DNA of 63,120 nucleotides, filler included, from Octopus bimaculoides (GCF_001194135.2; 4 parts of 4 records of this genome joined end to end with filler, not necessarily neighbours in it); one strand, 5' to 3'. Numbered from the whole stretch's first letter, positions 36,753 to 50,753 are shown. Notes: generated by a model from the letters alone, not told the origin. Made by a program: numbers and translations.

Positions 36753-38316
36753 GCACACACACACACATACACACAACAGGTTTCTTTCTGTTTTCATCAA
36801 CCACATCCACTTACAAAGCTTTGATCAGCCCAGAGCTATAGTAGATAACACTTGTCCAAGGTGCCACGCAGTAGAACTGAACTCAGAACCATGTAATTTG
36901 GAAGCAAACTTCTTACTACACAGCCACACCTTCATCAATCCACACAACAACTACTCGTTAGGTTTTTTATTAAAATTGTGGATGGTGTATTTGTGAAAAT
37001 AGCCGTAGTTTTAATAAAGATAACTGCCTAGAAATATAATGTTGTAATAACATAAAGTGGTCAATACATCTTTTGATGCACTTTCTCATTCAAACTCAAT
37101 ATACTATTCCATTATCCCATTGTATTACTATTCCACTACACTCACTACACTAAATATGTGTTGATTTTAACACATATCTACTCACAACTGGCACCAAGTT
37201 CAGTTTTTGCATATAAATATATTTCATTCACAACACTTTGAAAACTGAAAATTTGTTTATATTCAATAAAAGCATTTTGTCTCTCAATCATTCTCGAATC
37301 TGATACAAACTTACTTTGATTATGTTTTGTAACAAAGACTGAAGCATACCTGCAATTATCACTGCACTTACCAAATATCAAGTTTAATCATTCCTTTCTC
37401 ACGTCGCTCCTATTCAATTTTTTGTCTCACAATTGTCTCTACCTTTTCTTGCGTTCTCTTCATTTTTCTTTTTGCACCACAAATAATCATTCAAGCAAAT
37501 TGATTCTTTTTTTTGTTCTTTATTTATTATTATTTTTTTTTAATTAATAGAAAATCTTGTGAGCTTCACTACATTCAATGTTAGACTTCTATTAACTGCA
37601 TACTTTTCATGCAGAAAGCATCCTTGGAGAAATATTCCCCCAGTCGCTTTCCTATACTTTTCTGAGATGAATCTATACTCATATGTTATTTTTCAGCTGA
37701 TTTTCTTCATCTCAGATATATTGCTGATAAAATTTTGATCATTTAAAAAAAAAATTTTATGTCACCATCTTCACTTGATATTCAGGATCTAAGACAATTC
37801 ATTTTACCAAAAAGAATTCTTCCTACTTCATTAAGGCTCCTCTACATGGGAGTCACTGGCTGTTTTGCTATTCCAAGGTTTGCAACATCCACCCTTGTAC
37901 AGCCAACCTGACGGAGGTTGAGCAAAACCTCACCTTGTACCCAGGGTTCAGTTTGTGCCCTAATGGAATCCTTCTGACCTACTAATCACTTCTTTTTAGC
38001 TAGAATCATTTTGATGCTTTGCACTTTGCTGCTCACTCATATAATGCCAGAATCCAATAGGAACAACCTGTGGACCCATCACAATTTGCATCTCCTTGTC
38101 CTGTACCCATTCCTGCAACAGTCTCCTACCAACTCCCTCCCTCTCTCTCTCCCCAACTGCCACATCCTCAATGTTCCACCAGTTCAAGAATGGAAGAGCA
38201 CAACCCTTAAAACATTGCATTCCAGAGCCATCTCTCGTATCCTTGCAACATTCTTTTACCTGTCTCTTTATGGGGATTTTTCTTTTATAACCAATATATT
38301 TGCTGCATATTTTCAG

Positions 38317-38385
38317 AGGTTAGACATTTTCTCAGTGTTACCACTATCTCAAGGCAAATCGAAAGAATATAATACAAACGAACAG
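38317..38385 (+). CDS. Candidate 69-nt phase 0-0 exon
   Basis: catattttcAG|AGG acceptor, RLDIFSVLPLSQGKSKEYNTNEQ, CAG|GTAAGA donor. Splice signals only, no homology recognised. Confidence 0.4.
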
Positions 38386-40984
38386 GTAAGATATGGCACA
38401 GATAAAGCAAAGCATCATAAGGTTGCCCTAATCAGCACCCCCTACCTGTCACAAGTAGAATTAACCATAAAGATTAACATTGGTCACATTTTTTTTTTCA
38501 CGTTTGTAAACCTGAAATTAAATTCAATCAATGTGTGCTCTCCATCGTCATTTAGTTCTGTACATTTGGTTATTCCTCATTACTCAGTGAGGAATTCCAG
38601 GTCAGTTTCTCTGGTGTTTATATATTCCTCCTTGGATTGATCAGCTTCAAGATTACTCGCTTTTGCCCACTGAATGGCCTGGAGCAACATGAAATAAAGT
38701 GTTTTACTTAAAAACCCAATCCAAGAATTGTAACCACAATCTTACAATCAAGAGTGCAACACCCTAACCACTTGGCTATGCACCTCCACATTTCTGCACT
38801 TTATAAGCACTTCTAAGGCAGCAAGCTGAAGCAACCATTACTGTGCTTGACAGAATGCTTTGCAATATCTTTTATGGCGCTGAGTTTAAATTGCAAAGAG
38901 GTCAACTTTGCCTTCTATCTTTTCAAGAACGGTCAATTGATAGAATTCCAGTTCACTACTGGAATCGATTCTTAATTTCACTCTTTTTCTTTCTGGAAGA
39001 AATCAGCAATGTTTAAGTTTGGAAAGGAATGAACTCTGCTATGTATAAAATGTCCATTATGTTGCCCTTCCAATTCCTTCAGAAGTGAAGTCCCACACTT
39101 ACAAAGGACATTTATTAACCTTTTCTTTTAAACATCTCAAACTACCTCCCTCCATGCCCTTCAACAACTAATTATTGTAAGCTCTGAATGAAGATTAACT
39201 CCATAAATTTTCTCTAGTCTTGGAGGGTTTTCTTGCCTTGTCAAAGTCATGGGAACAGTGTTCTCCCTAATCTCTGCATATTTTACAACTATTACACAAA
39301 AGGAACATAGAAGTTTTTCTAGATAAAATTGCATTTTTTTTTTAAACTAAAGAAATTTGAGCGAGGGTTACTTACATGGATGCACTTATAGTTTGCTAAG
39401 ATTGACAAAATTTGCTCAGAAAGAAACTTCTGCATCTTCCACATTGCACCCCATCCCTTCATCTTCCATTCTCCATACAATCTTGCAAAGCATCCTTCCA
39501 ACCACCTACTTCTTATTACCACATGTGCCTTGCAGTGCCACATGAGTACTCCATTGCCCTTATCCATCTCTTTGTGGCTCATGCTCATCACTTTCTCTTT
39601 CTTCTCTCTTCCTCTCTATTAAACGTGGATAAGCATACAGATCCTCCACAAAACTCTGCTCTGACACCCCACTTCTCACAGTTTATCCCCTTGTCCCCTA
39701 GAATGAAGCTGACCCTACCACCTTCCCCAGAGTTTATAGTTCTGCAAGTTGCATTGTGACCCCAATAGTGCAAGTGGCACATGGAAAGCACCCAGTCCAC
39801 AGTGTAAAGCAGCTGGTGTCAAGAAGGGCATCCAGCCACAGAAACCATGCCAAAGCAGACAATGTCCAAGTTGTCAGACTGCGACTGAACCCAAAACTAT
39901 GTGGGTGGGGAGTGAACTTCTTAACCCTACAGCCTACCTTAGCTATTAAAGACTTTGACTTTGGTGGGAACAGAACATAGAAGGGCAATATTATCATAAT
40001 TGTAGAGCAAGGCTCATTTCTTCTGGTCCTATCTTGGAATAAAAGTATTAAGAATGCCAAAGATTAAAATAAACAATGGAAATGAATAAATCCAAAATGC
40101 ATTTATCTAAACATTTAATAACCATTTCTGAAAAAGCATGGCTATTCTGATCAATCCTTGAGGGATGAAAATTATAGTCGACCTGCATTTGACTTTAATT
40201 CAGAACCTAGTTAGATATAATGAAGCAATCTATCACCTATCATTAAAGAAATAATTTGGGAACATTTAAGAGAGAGGGGGGAAGGAGAGAGGAGGAGAGA
40301 GAGAGAGGACAAAAATCACTTAAACGAAATTATTGAACTCTAGACGTAAACAGTGCACAACAATTTGGGTTTTTTGATGAAGGAAAAGCAAAAGAATTAT
40401 AATAGAATGTACACTGATAGCAACATGGAAAGAAAATAGAAGATAGAATAAGAAAATGTATGTATGCATGTAGACAGATAGAAAAACAGATAGATAGATA
40501 GGTAGATATATATGTATGTATGTGTATATAGAGAGAGAGGGAGACTGAAAGCACTGTCAATGTAGGTTCCTTGATAGCCCTAGGCTGACCAACACCTTGT
40601 TACTGGTTTTGATGGACAAAAATGAAAAAAGCCTGCTGGGTTCCTATGTGAGTGCATGAGAATTATGTGGGTCATTACATGTAATCTTAGGTCTCCACAA
40701 GGTTGTTATTATTGTTGTTGTTGTTGTTATTATTATATAACTGTTCAACATTTGGTAGGTTGAGGCAAATTTCTACTGCATCACCTGCTACACCTCCATG
40801 TTGTTGGGGTGTTCTTTTCTGTTGTTGGGTTTGTGTAAACTTTTCCTGTTACTGTATTGTGTTAGTTTTTTTATTTCTTTTGAGATGTGGTGCTGCTTTT
40901 TTGTTGTGTTACTGCTTATATTGTGCATTGAGCATGTAATGCATTCCATCTTGCTGGTGGAAGTTTATTTCACTAGGTAATTGC

Positions 40985-41806
40985 TGTGTAGAGTGTGTCT
41001 TATGTTTGTGGGTTTTGTTTAGGTTGTATTATCAGATTGATAGTGTCTAGCATAGGATATGGGATGTTCGTAGCAGGTCTATTTTTTGGATAGTGTGTAG
41101 TGTTGAGGATCCAGGTACAGCTTCTACATTTTTTGTTCCTGTTTTTTATCGTGCCCAATGCTCCACTTATTATTGGTGTTGTTTTTACCTTCATACCCCA
41201 CATGTTGAATACTTCAATTTCAAGGTTTATGTACTTTGACGGTTTTTCCACTTCTTTTTTTTTTGACAGTATTTTGATCGGAAAGGATTGCAATGTCTAT
41301 CAGTGAGCTGGTGTTTTTTCCTCAGTCCTCGATTATTATGTCTGGGCAATTAGCTTTCTATTTCTTTGTCTGTTGGAACCAGCATATCCCACATGATTGT
41401 GGCCTGGCCTTTGTCTACTACCTTGTTTGGCACATGCTTATATCACTTATAGTCAGTTTTAATGTTGTAATGTTGGCACATTGTCCAGCGGATATAACTG
41501 CTTACTTTGTCATATCTGTGTATATATCAGACTTGGCACGGACTGGGCAGCCCGAGATGATGTGGTCAACTGTCTCATTGTGCTGGTTGCACATTCTGCA
41601 TTTACTGTTGGGGCCTGTTTTCATTATTTTAATTTTATAATTGTTCGTAGTCAGGCATTAGTCTTGTGCAGCGAGAATCAGTCCTTCCATTTCTGCTTTT
41701 AGTCCAGAGCTTTTGAGCCATTGTTGACTTTTACTGAGGCTCACTTCCTCTCTGTCAAGCCTTGCAGGGTATTGGCCATAAAGTGATTTTTCTCACCATT
41801 TCTTCT
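40985..41806 (-). mobile_element. R4/Dong-type LINE 3' fragment (CCHC + REL endonuclease)
   Basis: SGLKAEMEGLILAAQD, KCRMCNQHNETVDHIISGCP, TIMWD, EVEKPSKYINLEIEV..MWGMKVKTTPIISGALGTI. Confidence 0.85.
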
Positions 41807-42151
41807 TCAGTATTATTATTATTATTATTACCATTATTCATTATTATTCGTTATTTATTATTATTATAATAATAATAAGGCAACAAGCTAGCAGAATCCT
41901 TTTGCCATTGGACAAAATGCTTAGCAGCATTTCTTCTAGCTTTTCATTTTTAAGTTCAAATTCTGCCAAGGTAACTTTACCCTTTATCCTTTTGAGGTCA
42001 ATAAAATAAGTATCGGTTGAGCACTGGAGTCAAGGTAATGGACTGCCCCCCTCCCCTCAAAATTGCTGATCTTGTGCCAAAATTTGACACAATTATCATT
42101 ATTATTATTATTAATTGTATGGGTTGGTCATTGCTTTTATTTTATTTTCAG

Positions 42152-42220
42152 AACATAGATTTTCATTCCTCTTTTTCGTCTGGAATAAATTTAATTGAAA
42201 ATCAGGTGAATAATGTTAAG
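42152..42220 (+). CDS. Candidate 69-nt phase 0-0 exon
   Basis: ttgcttttattttattttcAG|AAC acceptor, NIDFHSSFSSGINLIENQVNNVK, AAG|GTAAGG donor. Splice signals only. Confidence 0.4.
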
Positions 42221-44254
42221 GTAAGGACTAGCACAACAACAAGCACACATTGCACAAATGTCAGCCTCTTCAGTTTGCTTCTCATAGGTTTTCAGATGGT
42301 TGGCTCGTTAGAAAGTCATCATCCAACAGGCTGGTTATTCACATCCTGCCGCCAACCTGCCTTGCACTGTGTCTCTGGCTAAGATACATGTCTATCTTAG
42401 ACTCAGCTCTCTTATATGTTTATTGGTTAACATTAATATACACACTTGGAAAGCATTCCATCAAAATAATGATATCCCATTGTTCTCGATATAACTATAA
42501 ACTCAGTCAACATCTTCTTGATCACTTTGAATAACTTCACCATCGATATCTGCCTGAGTAAATCCTTCAAAAGCGTCATCTCAGTCAGAATCAAACAAGA
42601 TTTCTTCCAGAAAAAGCTTCAAATGCAGTAGCAGCCATTTACGTTCATTAAAAAGATCCAAGAACTAAGTTCAATTTCAAAAGCTCCATTACCTTGTGGT
42701 TAGAATATAAATAATGGAAATGGCACCTGAAAATGGAAGTTTAAACTCCTTCTGAATTGGAAATAGCTTGCTTACAGCTTAAAGTACCAGAAATCGATAT
42801 AGCAGTGTGTTTATTTTAAGCACCCTTCTCAAAGCAACAAAATACCCCTGCAGTTACAGGGGAGAAAACATGTGAGCGACAAATTGCAACAACAGTGTAG
42901 AGAAGGTTAATGAAGAAATCCCATAAAGTCCTGTAGCTATTATCTTCTATCATGTTCCCTGGATCATGTTTATACCACTTTTCTGCTACTTTGAATCCAT
43001 ACTTGTCTTACATCCCAGTTCAGTCTTTTACCTACACAATCATGCCTTCATTTATACTCTTTTTGTCCTAGTTTACTGCACTCACTTAAGCGAGGGTCAA
43101 TACTTTTGTCTCCTTTCTCACAGATTCTGCATTTGCTCATTAGCTGAGTTTTAACTTTTGTTTTTATTAACTTTATTCTAATGACTTTTCTCTCAAAATT
43201 TTTGACCTTTGACCTAAATCAAAAACAGTTGCTGTTGTTATTGTTTATTCATCTTATTTTCATGGCATGCGTTCACTGCACAGTGTTTGAACATGTGCAG
43301 TCTTTTGTTTTGACTTTGTTGCATTTCTTGTGTTAAAAGTAGCTTATGTATTATTATCAATTATTGTTGTTGTTGTTGTTTATAATTTCTTATATCTAAA
43401 CAAAAAATTAAATGTGTCAACTTCTGACCTTTACATTTTGTTTGTTGTTGATGTTGTTTCATTTGTTGTTTATTATTATTATTATTGTTGTTCTTGTTAT
43501 CATTTTCCTTTATTATATTTGAAAATACATAAAACTACAATATCATCTGTCAATTTTGACCATTTCCTCTGCTAAGAACCCATTGTCAGTGATTTCCATA
43601 TCAATCATAACAGACAGTGGCTGGGGTGGGGGCCTGGAGTTGTCAGAAATGGCAACTAAATGATCCATATCTTCATCAACATCAGCATTTTACTTCTTTT
43701 TGTTTTATTTTCCTCTGTCATATCAACATGGGTTGGGTCGGTATTATTGAGCAACCTGCCATGACACCTTATCACCTCTTTTGTGAGGTTCAGCCAACCA
43801 AAGAAAACTTAGCTTTGTCTACCTCAACTCTCTGTTCAGAACCTGAGTTAGATTTTGACTTTCAACTCCCAACTTTTCAGTCCTTGAATCCGAGATGGTT
43901 TGTCTCATGCTTTCTTGTTAACAAACAGACAACACTATTAATGAAACTGTTGTTTGTAGTCAGTGAATGAGCACATGTTGAGGAAAATATGAAATCATAT
44001 GCAAACACCCATCTTCATACACACACACACACACACACACACATTTGCCAAGTTTGACCCCTAAATCTACAAGTTTTTTTCATTCTCTCTCTGTTTTCTC
44101 TTATTCCTTTCTGCTGAAGATCATAGGTTTGAAACATAAAAGTCTTTTTCATTTTCCTAAGCATCAAACTAATACACCTGCTTGTTGTTCATACACCTGT
44201 CTTTTATTTTCTGTAAATTTCAACCATATATATATTTTTATATATAGTGTTGGC

Positions 44255-44663
44255 ACCTGTGCCAGTGGAGCACTGACAGCACCGTCTGAGCTTGATCATT
44301 ACCAGAGCAGCTGTCTGGCTTCCATGCCAGTGGCATGTAAATAGCACCATTTGAGCGTGATCGTTACCAGCATCGCCTTACTGGCACTTGTGCCACTGGA
44401 CTGGCTCCTGTGCAGGTGGCACATAAAATACACCATTTTGAGTGTGGCCGTTGCCAGTACCGCCTGGCTGGCCTTCATGCTGGTGGCACGTAAAAGCACC
44501 CACTACACTCTCGGAATGGTTGGCGTTAAGAAGGGCATCCAGCTGTAGAAACTCTGCCAAATCAGATTGGAGCCTGGTGTAGCCATCAGGTTCGCCAGTC
44601 CTCAGTCAAATCATCCAACCCATGCTAGCATGGAAGGCGGACGTTAAACGATGATGATGATGA
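44255..44663 (+). mobile_element. RTE 3' UTR/tail copy
   Basis: gtggcacgtaaaagcacc repeats, aagggcatccagctgtagaaac, and a ggacgttaaac(gat)n end. Confidence 0.85.
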
Positions 44664-44669
44664 TATATA

Positions 44670-45130
44670 TCAGTAAATCACAAATCTGAAAGAGAAGCAC
44701 ACTCTAAGTTATAGAGCAGTAGAGTAATTAAATAAAGATAGTTATGGCCAGTCTTAGGGATTAGTCTAGGTTTCACATCCATAAAGCACTTAGCTTTATG
44801 GCATTTCTTCAGACCCTAATGGCTGGTGGCCTATAACCACTCTTCAGAATGGAGGGAGACAAGACTTCATAGTTACCTGTTGAATGCACAGGCAAAGGAG
44901 AAGGGTTAAGCACAAGGGAATGTGATCAGATTGTAGGTTCCAGGACTTCAGTGGGATTCTCCTGAAGTGTCAGTAGATGATGTAGTATCCCAGTTCTTCT
45001 AGGATCTTCCATGAGATTACATGTAGAGTTCTTTCCTCCATCAGTGTCTAAAGAAATGTCATAAAACTAAGCACTTTATGAACGTGAAACCTAGGGTAAC
45101 CCCATAAACTGAACATAATTATCTTTATCT
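44670..45130 (-). mobile_element. Fold-back PLE-like insertion, longer copy of the 54.6-kb family
   Basis: Tail 44670-44745 is the reverse complement of 54765-54840. Arms 44746-44817 / ~45046-45114, ~230-bp interior, (TA)n flanks. Hammerhead cores degenerate. Confidence 0.72.
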
Positions 45131-46804
45131 CATATATATATATATATATGAATATATACATATATATATATATATATAAGAAAACCTGTCCACCACAGCA
45201 GAATTGATGCTGGTGCTTATGCCACATGAAAATTTTTCATGCTGGTACCACATGAAAAGCATCCAGTAAATTCTGTGAAGTGGTTGGCATTTGGAGGAGC
45301 ATCCAGCTTTAAAAAAACATACCAGAACAGACAACGGAGCTTTGTGCATCCCCCAGCCTTTCCAGATCCAGTCAAACTGTCCAATCCATGCCAAAATGGA
45401 AGACAGACATTAAACGATGATGATTATGTATGTATATATGTATATGGAGGCATATGGCTTAGTGGTTAGGGTGATGCACTCATGATTGTAAGATTGTGGT
45501 TTCAATTCTTGGACTAGGCAATGTGTTGTGTTCTTGTGCGAAGCACCTCATTTCATATTGCTTCAGTTCATGTAGCTGCTAAGAATGAGTAATCCTGCAA
45601 CAGACTAGCATCACATCCAGGAAGGGAATTTATACGTCACAGAATCCATACACACACACACACACACATACTGTACATATATACAACAGGTGTCTTTCAG
45701 TTTTCATCCACCAAATCTACTCACTAAGCTTTCCCTAGCCCAGCACTACAAGTCGTCACTCAGTGGGACTGAACCCAAAATCATGTGTTTCAGAAGCAAG
45801 CTTCTTAACCACACAACCACCCCTGTGTATGTGTATACATTAGGTCGTTGTTGTTGTGGGGTTTATTATTATTATTATTATTATTATTATGAAACACCCC
45901 CACCCCCACCGCAGAAGAAGCAGTTATCAAGAACTTTGCTGGATTTCCCAGAACAGTGAAAGCAATGTGGTTGATGTAGGTGAGCATCAGTTGGGAAGGG
46001 GTTCGAAAGGTCAGGTTTCCTGTGGAGGGAACAAGTGAGAGAAGTGTTCAGTGTAGGGCGTGGAAGGTGAGACAACAGAGTATGGTGAATGGAAGGGGGA
46101 GGAGGAGGAGGAATAGGAGATACTAGAGTGTCATGTAGGTCGAAATGGAAGCATATATGGCTGAGAGAGAGAGAGAGAGAGAGCATTTTAATGGCAGAAG
46201 GACTTCTTATAGTTGATTCAGAAATAGGGAGGTACATCCATACCTACGTACATACATACATACATACATGCACATACATATATGTATGTATGTGTGCCTG
46301 TCTGTATGTGTGTGTGTGTGTGTGTACACACAGATAGAGAAAATCAGCCTCAGTCCTCTGAAACAATAAAAGACAAAGTTGACCACAGTGAGATTTGAAC
46401 TCAGAAAGCATAGAACAAGAAGAACTACTGCAAAGTATTCTCTTCTCTGATGGTCTGATCATTCAGCTAATTCACCTCCAGAAAGACAAAATATATTTGG
46501 GAAACACAAGCCATTAGAGAGAGGGAAAATATGCCAAAAACTATTCGGAAGATTCTCTTGTGATGTACAGCTCTTTTGCTGGTCAAAACGGCAAATCACC
46601 ATCTTTAGGAAATGACCTCAGCCACACTAAGGAAATTATAAGAATATATTGTATGTATGTGAACCTGTCTGTATGTGTGTGTGTGTGTGTGTGATCTCAC
46701 CCAACACTAAGTGAATTATAAGAATATAGACAAGATACTTAAATTTTTCAGTCCAATGCTGTAAATTGACTCTTCCCTTTTCTTTTTCCTCTTTATATCC
46801 TTAA

Positions 46805-47095
46805 TTGCTTTATCTACCCTGGTACTGTTGATCTGGATAGCTGGTCCCTCAATTGGGTCAACATTTCACAAATTCTCTTCCTCCCAGTCATTCTCTACAT
46901 TCACCAGTCTTATATAATGGCATTTCCAAGCCTCTTTCTTTGCAGAATCATTAAATGCAAATGCACCATCATCCTTGCAGACACATTTCTCTCCTATGAC
47001 ATTATAATTTTCTCTCACACATTGTCTTGCAATCCAAAATACTTCAGTTTTTTGGGTCCTCACATCACTGAACATTGGCAAACTTCTTTTCTGCT
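46805..47095 (-). mobile_element. RTE ORF2 internal fragment
   Basis: TEVFWIARQCVRENYNVIGEKCV...AFNDSAKKEAW...VENDWEEENL matches 1300-1590. Confidence 0.88.
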
Positions 47096-47993
47096 ACTCT
47101 CTTGGTTAAAACTGGGAAAGAGATGTGGGAGGAAATACAGGAAGGAAAGATGTTATTCAGCATCTGAAAAGATGGTTTCTGTGATCATTTGATACCAGAC
47201 ATGTCACATCAGTTGTTCTTGCTTTTTATCTATCATCATTCAAGCATGGTGAAACTGTTGGCTTTACTGGGGGTGAGGGTCACGTAAGCATTGTAAATAT
47301 AAGAGTTACTGCTGCAAATGTAAATATGCCAATGATAGATTAAGTAAGTAAATGGGCAGCTATATGGTTAGTCCATTATATATAGAAAGAGAGGAAGTGG
47401 GAGACAGAGAAGAGAGGAAGAGAGAGAGAGAGAGGAAGAAGGAGAGAGAGAGAGGAATAGGGAGGGAAAGAGAGAAGAAGAAGGAGGCAGGTGGTTTGGT
47501 AGGGATGGAGGGACAGAGGTATGCTGGTCTTCTGGTGCAGAACTAAGACTGAACCCTGTAGGAGTTTTCAGTATAAGAGAAGAAATTATTGGTATGAGAG
47601 AACGGATTTTCGGTATTGGTGGTGGAGGGTGGGAAAGGGTACATACATTGCAAACAAGCAATGGCTAACTTTGCCACATGAAAATCGAAATAGCATATAT
47701 ATACACACACACACACACATCTGTGTGTGTGTGTGTGACTGTGTTTCTACCCCCACCATCACTTGACAACCAATGTTGCTGTGTTTACGTCCCCGTAACT
47801 CAGCCGTTTGGCAAAACACACTGATAGAATTGGTATTAGGCTTACAAAGAATAAATCCTGGGGTCGATTTCTTCGACCAAAGGTGGTGCTCCAGCATGGC
47901 TGCAGTCACATGACCAAAACAAGTAAAACAATTTAAAACTATGCCATTTTAATCCTGAGCAATGCCGGGTATCTCTACTAATATCTTTCTCTC

Positions 47994-48037
<44 letters not shown>

Positions 48038-48383
48038 GTTAGGAAGGGCATCCAGCTGTAGAAACCCTGCCAAATCAGATTGGAGCCTGGTATAGCCATC
48101 TGGTTCACCAGTCCTCAGTCAAACCGTCCAACCCATGCTAGCATGGAAAGCGGACGTAAACGATGATGATGATATATACTCTTTTACTTGTTTCAGTCAT
48201 TTAATTGGGGCCATGCTGGAGCACCGCCTTTAGTTGAGCATATCAACCCCAGGAGTTATTCTTTGTAAGCCTAGTACTTATTCTATTGATCACTTTTGCT
48301 GAACTGCTAGGTTATGGGGACATAAACACACCACCATCGGTTGTCAAGCGATGTTGTGGGGACAAACAGATACACAAACATAT

Positions 48384-48432
<49 letters not shown>

Positions 48433-49365
48433 TACGACGGGCTTCTTTCAGTTTCCGTCTACCAAATCCACTCACAAGGCTTTGGTCAGCCCAAGGCTAT
48501 AGTAGAAGACATTTGCCCAAGGTGCCACACAGTGGGAATGAACCCNNNNNNNNNNNNNNNNNNNNNNNNNNNNNNNNNNNNNNNNNNNNNNNNNNNNNNN
48601 NNNNNNNNNNNNNNNNNNNNNNNNNNNNNNNNNNNNNNNNNNNNNNNNNNNNNNNNNNNNNNNNNNNNNNNNNNNNNNNNNNNNNNNNNNNNNNNNNNNN
48701 NNNNNNNNNNNNNNNNNNNNNNNNNNNNNNNNNNNNNNNNNNNNNNNNNNNNNNNNNNNNNNNNNNNNNNNNNNNNNNNNNNNNNNNNNNNNNNNNNNNN
48801 NNNNNNNNNNNNNNNNNNNNNNNNNNNNNNNNNNNNNNNNNNNNNNNNNNNNNNNNNNNNNNNNNNNNNNNNNNNNNNNNNNNNNNNNNNNNNNNNNNNN
48901 NNNNNNNNNNNNNNNNNNNNNNNNNNNNNNNNNNNNNNNNNNNNNNNNNNNNNNNNNNNNNNNNNNNNNNNNNNNNNNNNNNNNNNNNNNNNNNNNNNNN
49001 NNNNNNNNNNNNNNNNNNNNNNNNNNNNNNNNNNNNNNNNNNNNNNNNNNNNNNNNNNNNTATAGTTAAAATTTATAGGAAAACAAACGACGTAGACAGG
49101 TGTATGAACAACAAGCAAGCGTATTAGTTTGACGCTTGGGAAAAATTTGGTAGAATAGGCAGAAGAAATAGAACTTAATACATGAGAATATATATATACT
49201 TTTTTATAATTTTTAACCTGGAGAAAGTTCCAAAAGTGATTCAAGTGTTGAGAGTTTGGTCAGTTTGATAAGCACCAGGCACAAAACACTCAGTTTCTGA
49301 GTCACTCTTGTGGCTTTGTGCCAATTAAAAATTAATAAAAGGTGTGTATATGTGTGTGTGTATAC

Positions 49366-49403
<38 letters not shown>

Positions 49404-49575
49404 GCATACACACACATGTATACACACGCACACACACATGTAAGGATATGAAAATGAATATAAACGTATGTATGTATATATATATGTATGCATCTATACA
49501 TATATATACCATTCACTCACACATAATCTACACACACACAATTTAATGAAATCTATTATTTTTATTTTTCTATAG

Positions 49576-49850
49576 AGAAAAAAATGACCGTACAAGAAGA
49601 TGCAAGACATGATGAGAACAGTTTGGAAGAAGGAGCAATAATTTGAAGCATATTGCCTTTGACTTATGGTTAAATATGACTGAATAAGATTTGAACCTGT
49701 CAATCAACCAAACATTTATGTTTGACAGTGTCAAATGTCAACTACTGAATAGTGAAATGATTTCAGTAGTTTTGCTCCAATGTATCATAGGTTTACTGCA
49801 TGCGACTTTTTGGCAGCATCAGTTTTCATAGTATATCAGACCCTTTTAAT
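49576..49850 (+). other. Candidate terminal exon / 3' UTR of the scaffold B gene
   Basis: Strong acceptor tttttatttttctatAG| followed by RKK* (phase 0), or KKMTVQEDARHDENSLEEGAII* in another frame, then unique UTR-like sequence. Confidence 0.3.
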
Positions 49851-50267
49851 TTTAAGATTTATATATATATATACACACACATATATATATGCTATCTATC
49901 TACCTATCTATATATATANNNNNNNNNNNNNNNNNNNNNNNNNNNNNNNNNNNNNNNNNNNNNNNNNNNNNNNNNNNNNNNNNNNNNNNNNNNNNNNNNN
50001 NNNNNNNNNNNNNNNNNNNNNNNNNNNNNNNNNNNNNNNNNNNNNNNNNNNNNNNNNNNNNNNNNNNNNNNNNNNNNNNNNNNNNNNNNNNNNNNNNNNN
50101 NNNNNNNNNNNNNNNNNNNNNNNNNNNNNNNNNNNNNNNNNNNNNNNNNNNNNNNNNNNNNNNNNNNNNNNNNNNNNNNNNNNNNNNNNNNNNNNNNNNN
50201 NNNNNNNNNNNNNNNNNNNNNNNNNNNNNNNNNNNNNNNNNNNNNNNNNNNNNNNNNNNNNNNNNNN

Positions 50268-50307
<40 letters not shown>

Positions 50308-50753
50308 TTAGATATTTTATTCTGACAGCTTTTCTTGTGTTACTAATTATAGTTATTAGTAATACAGTATGAGATCAAACTACTAACAGCTTTAATATAT
50401 ACTAACCTTTAATTTTAGGAATTAGTGATTTCTGTTTATCATTTAGAAAGTTTAATATAAAACTGGATTCAGTTGAAAGCAAAATTCTGAATGGATTTGT
50501 ATGAGATTTGTAGGGAGATTTTTGCATGATTTATAAATTAATTTTAGTTCATTGTTCAAAATATCTTCTTTCTATGATAGATAGATATGTTCAGTAAAAA
50601 ATAATCATTGGATTGAGATTGGTAACATATGAGACAAAATGCTGTGCAGTATTTAGTTTTGTCCCTTAGCTTTCTGAGTTCAAATCCCACAAAGGTCAGC
50701 TGGTGCCACTTTGGTGTGCAGTTTACTTGGCCGTTTACATTTCAGTGTGCAGT

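Noticed and set aside
37310-37345. Minus-strand micro-exon (ttgcag|GTATGC...CAAA|gtaagt)
   Set aside because: No polypyrimidine tract and no partner exons found on the minus strand.
42490-42620. Minus-strand acidic peptide LEEILFDSD*DDAFEGFTQADIDGE, reminiscent of piggyBac/pogo transposase termini
   Set aside because: Short, interrupted by stops, with no catalytic motifs or TIRs nearby. Too weak to call.
47950-47985. Helitron 3' end (cctgagcaatgccgggtatctctactaat)
   Set aside because: The hairpin and CTAG are both degenerate and no element body is attached.
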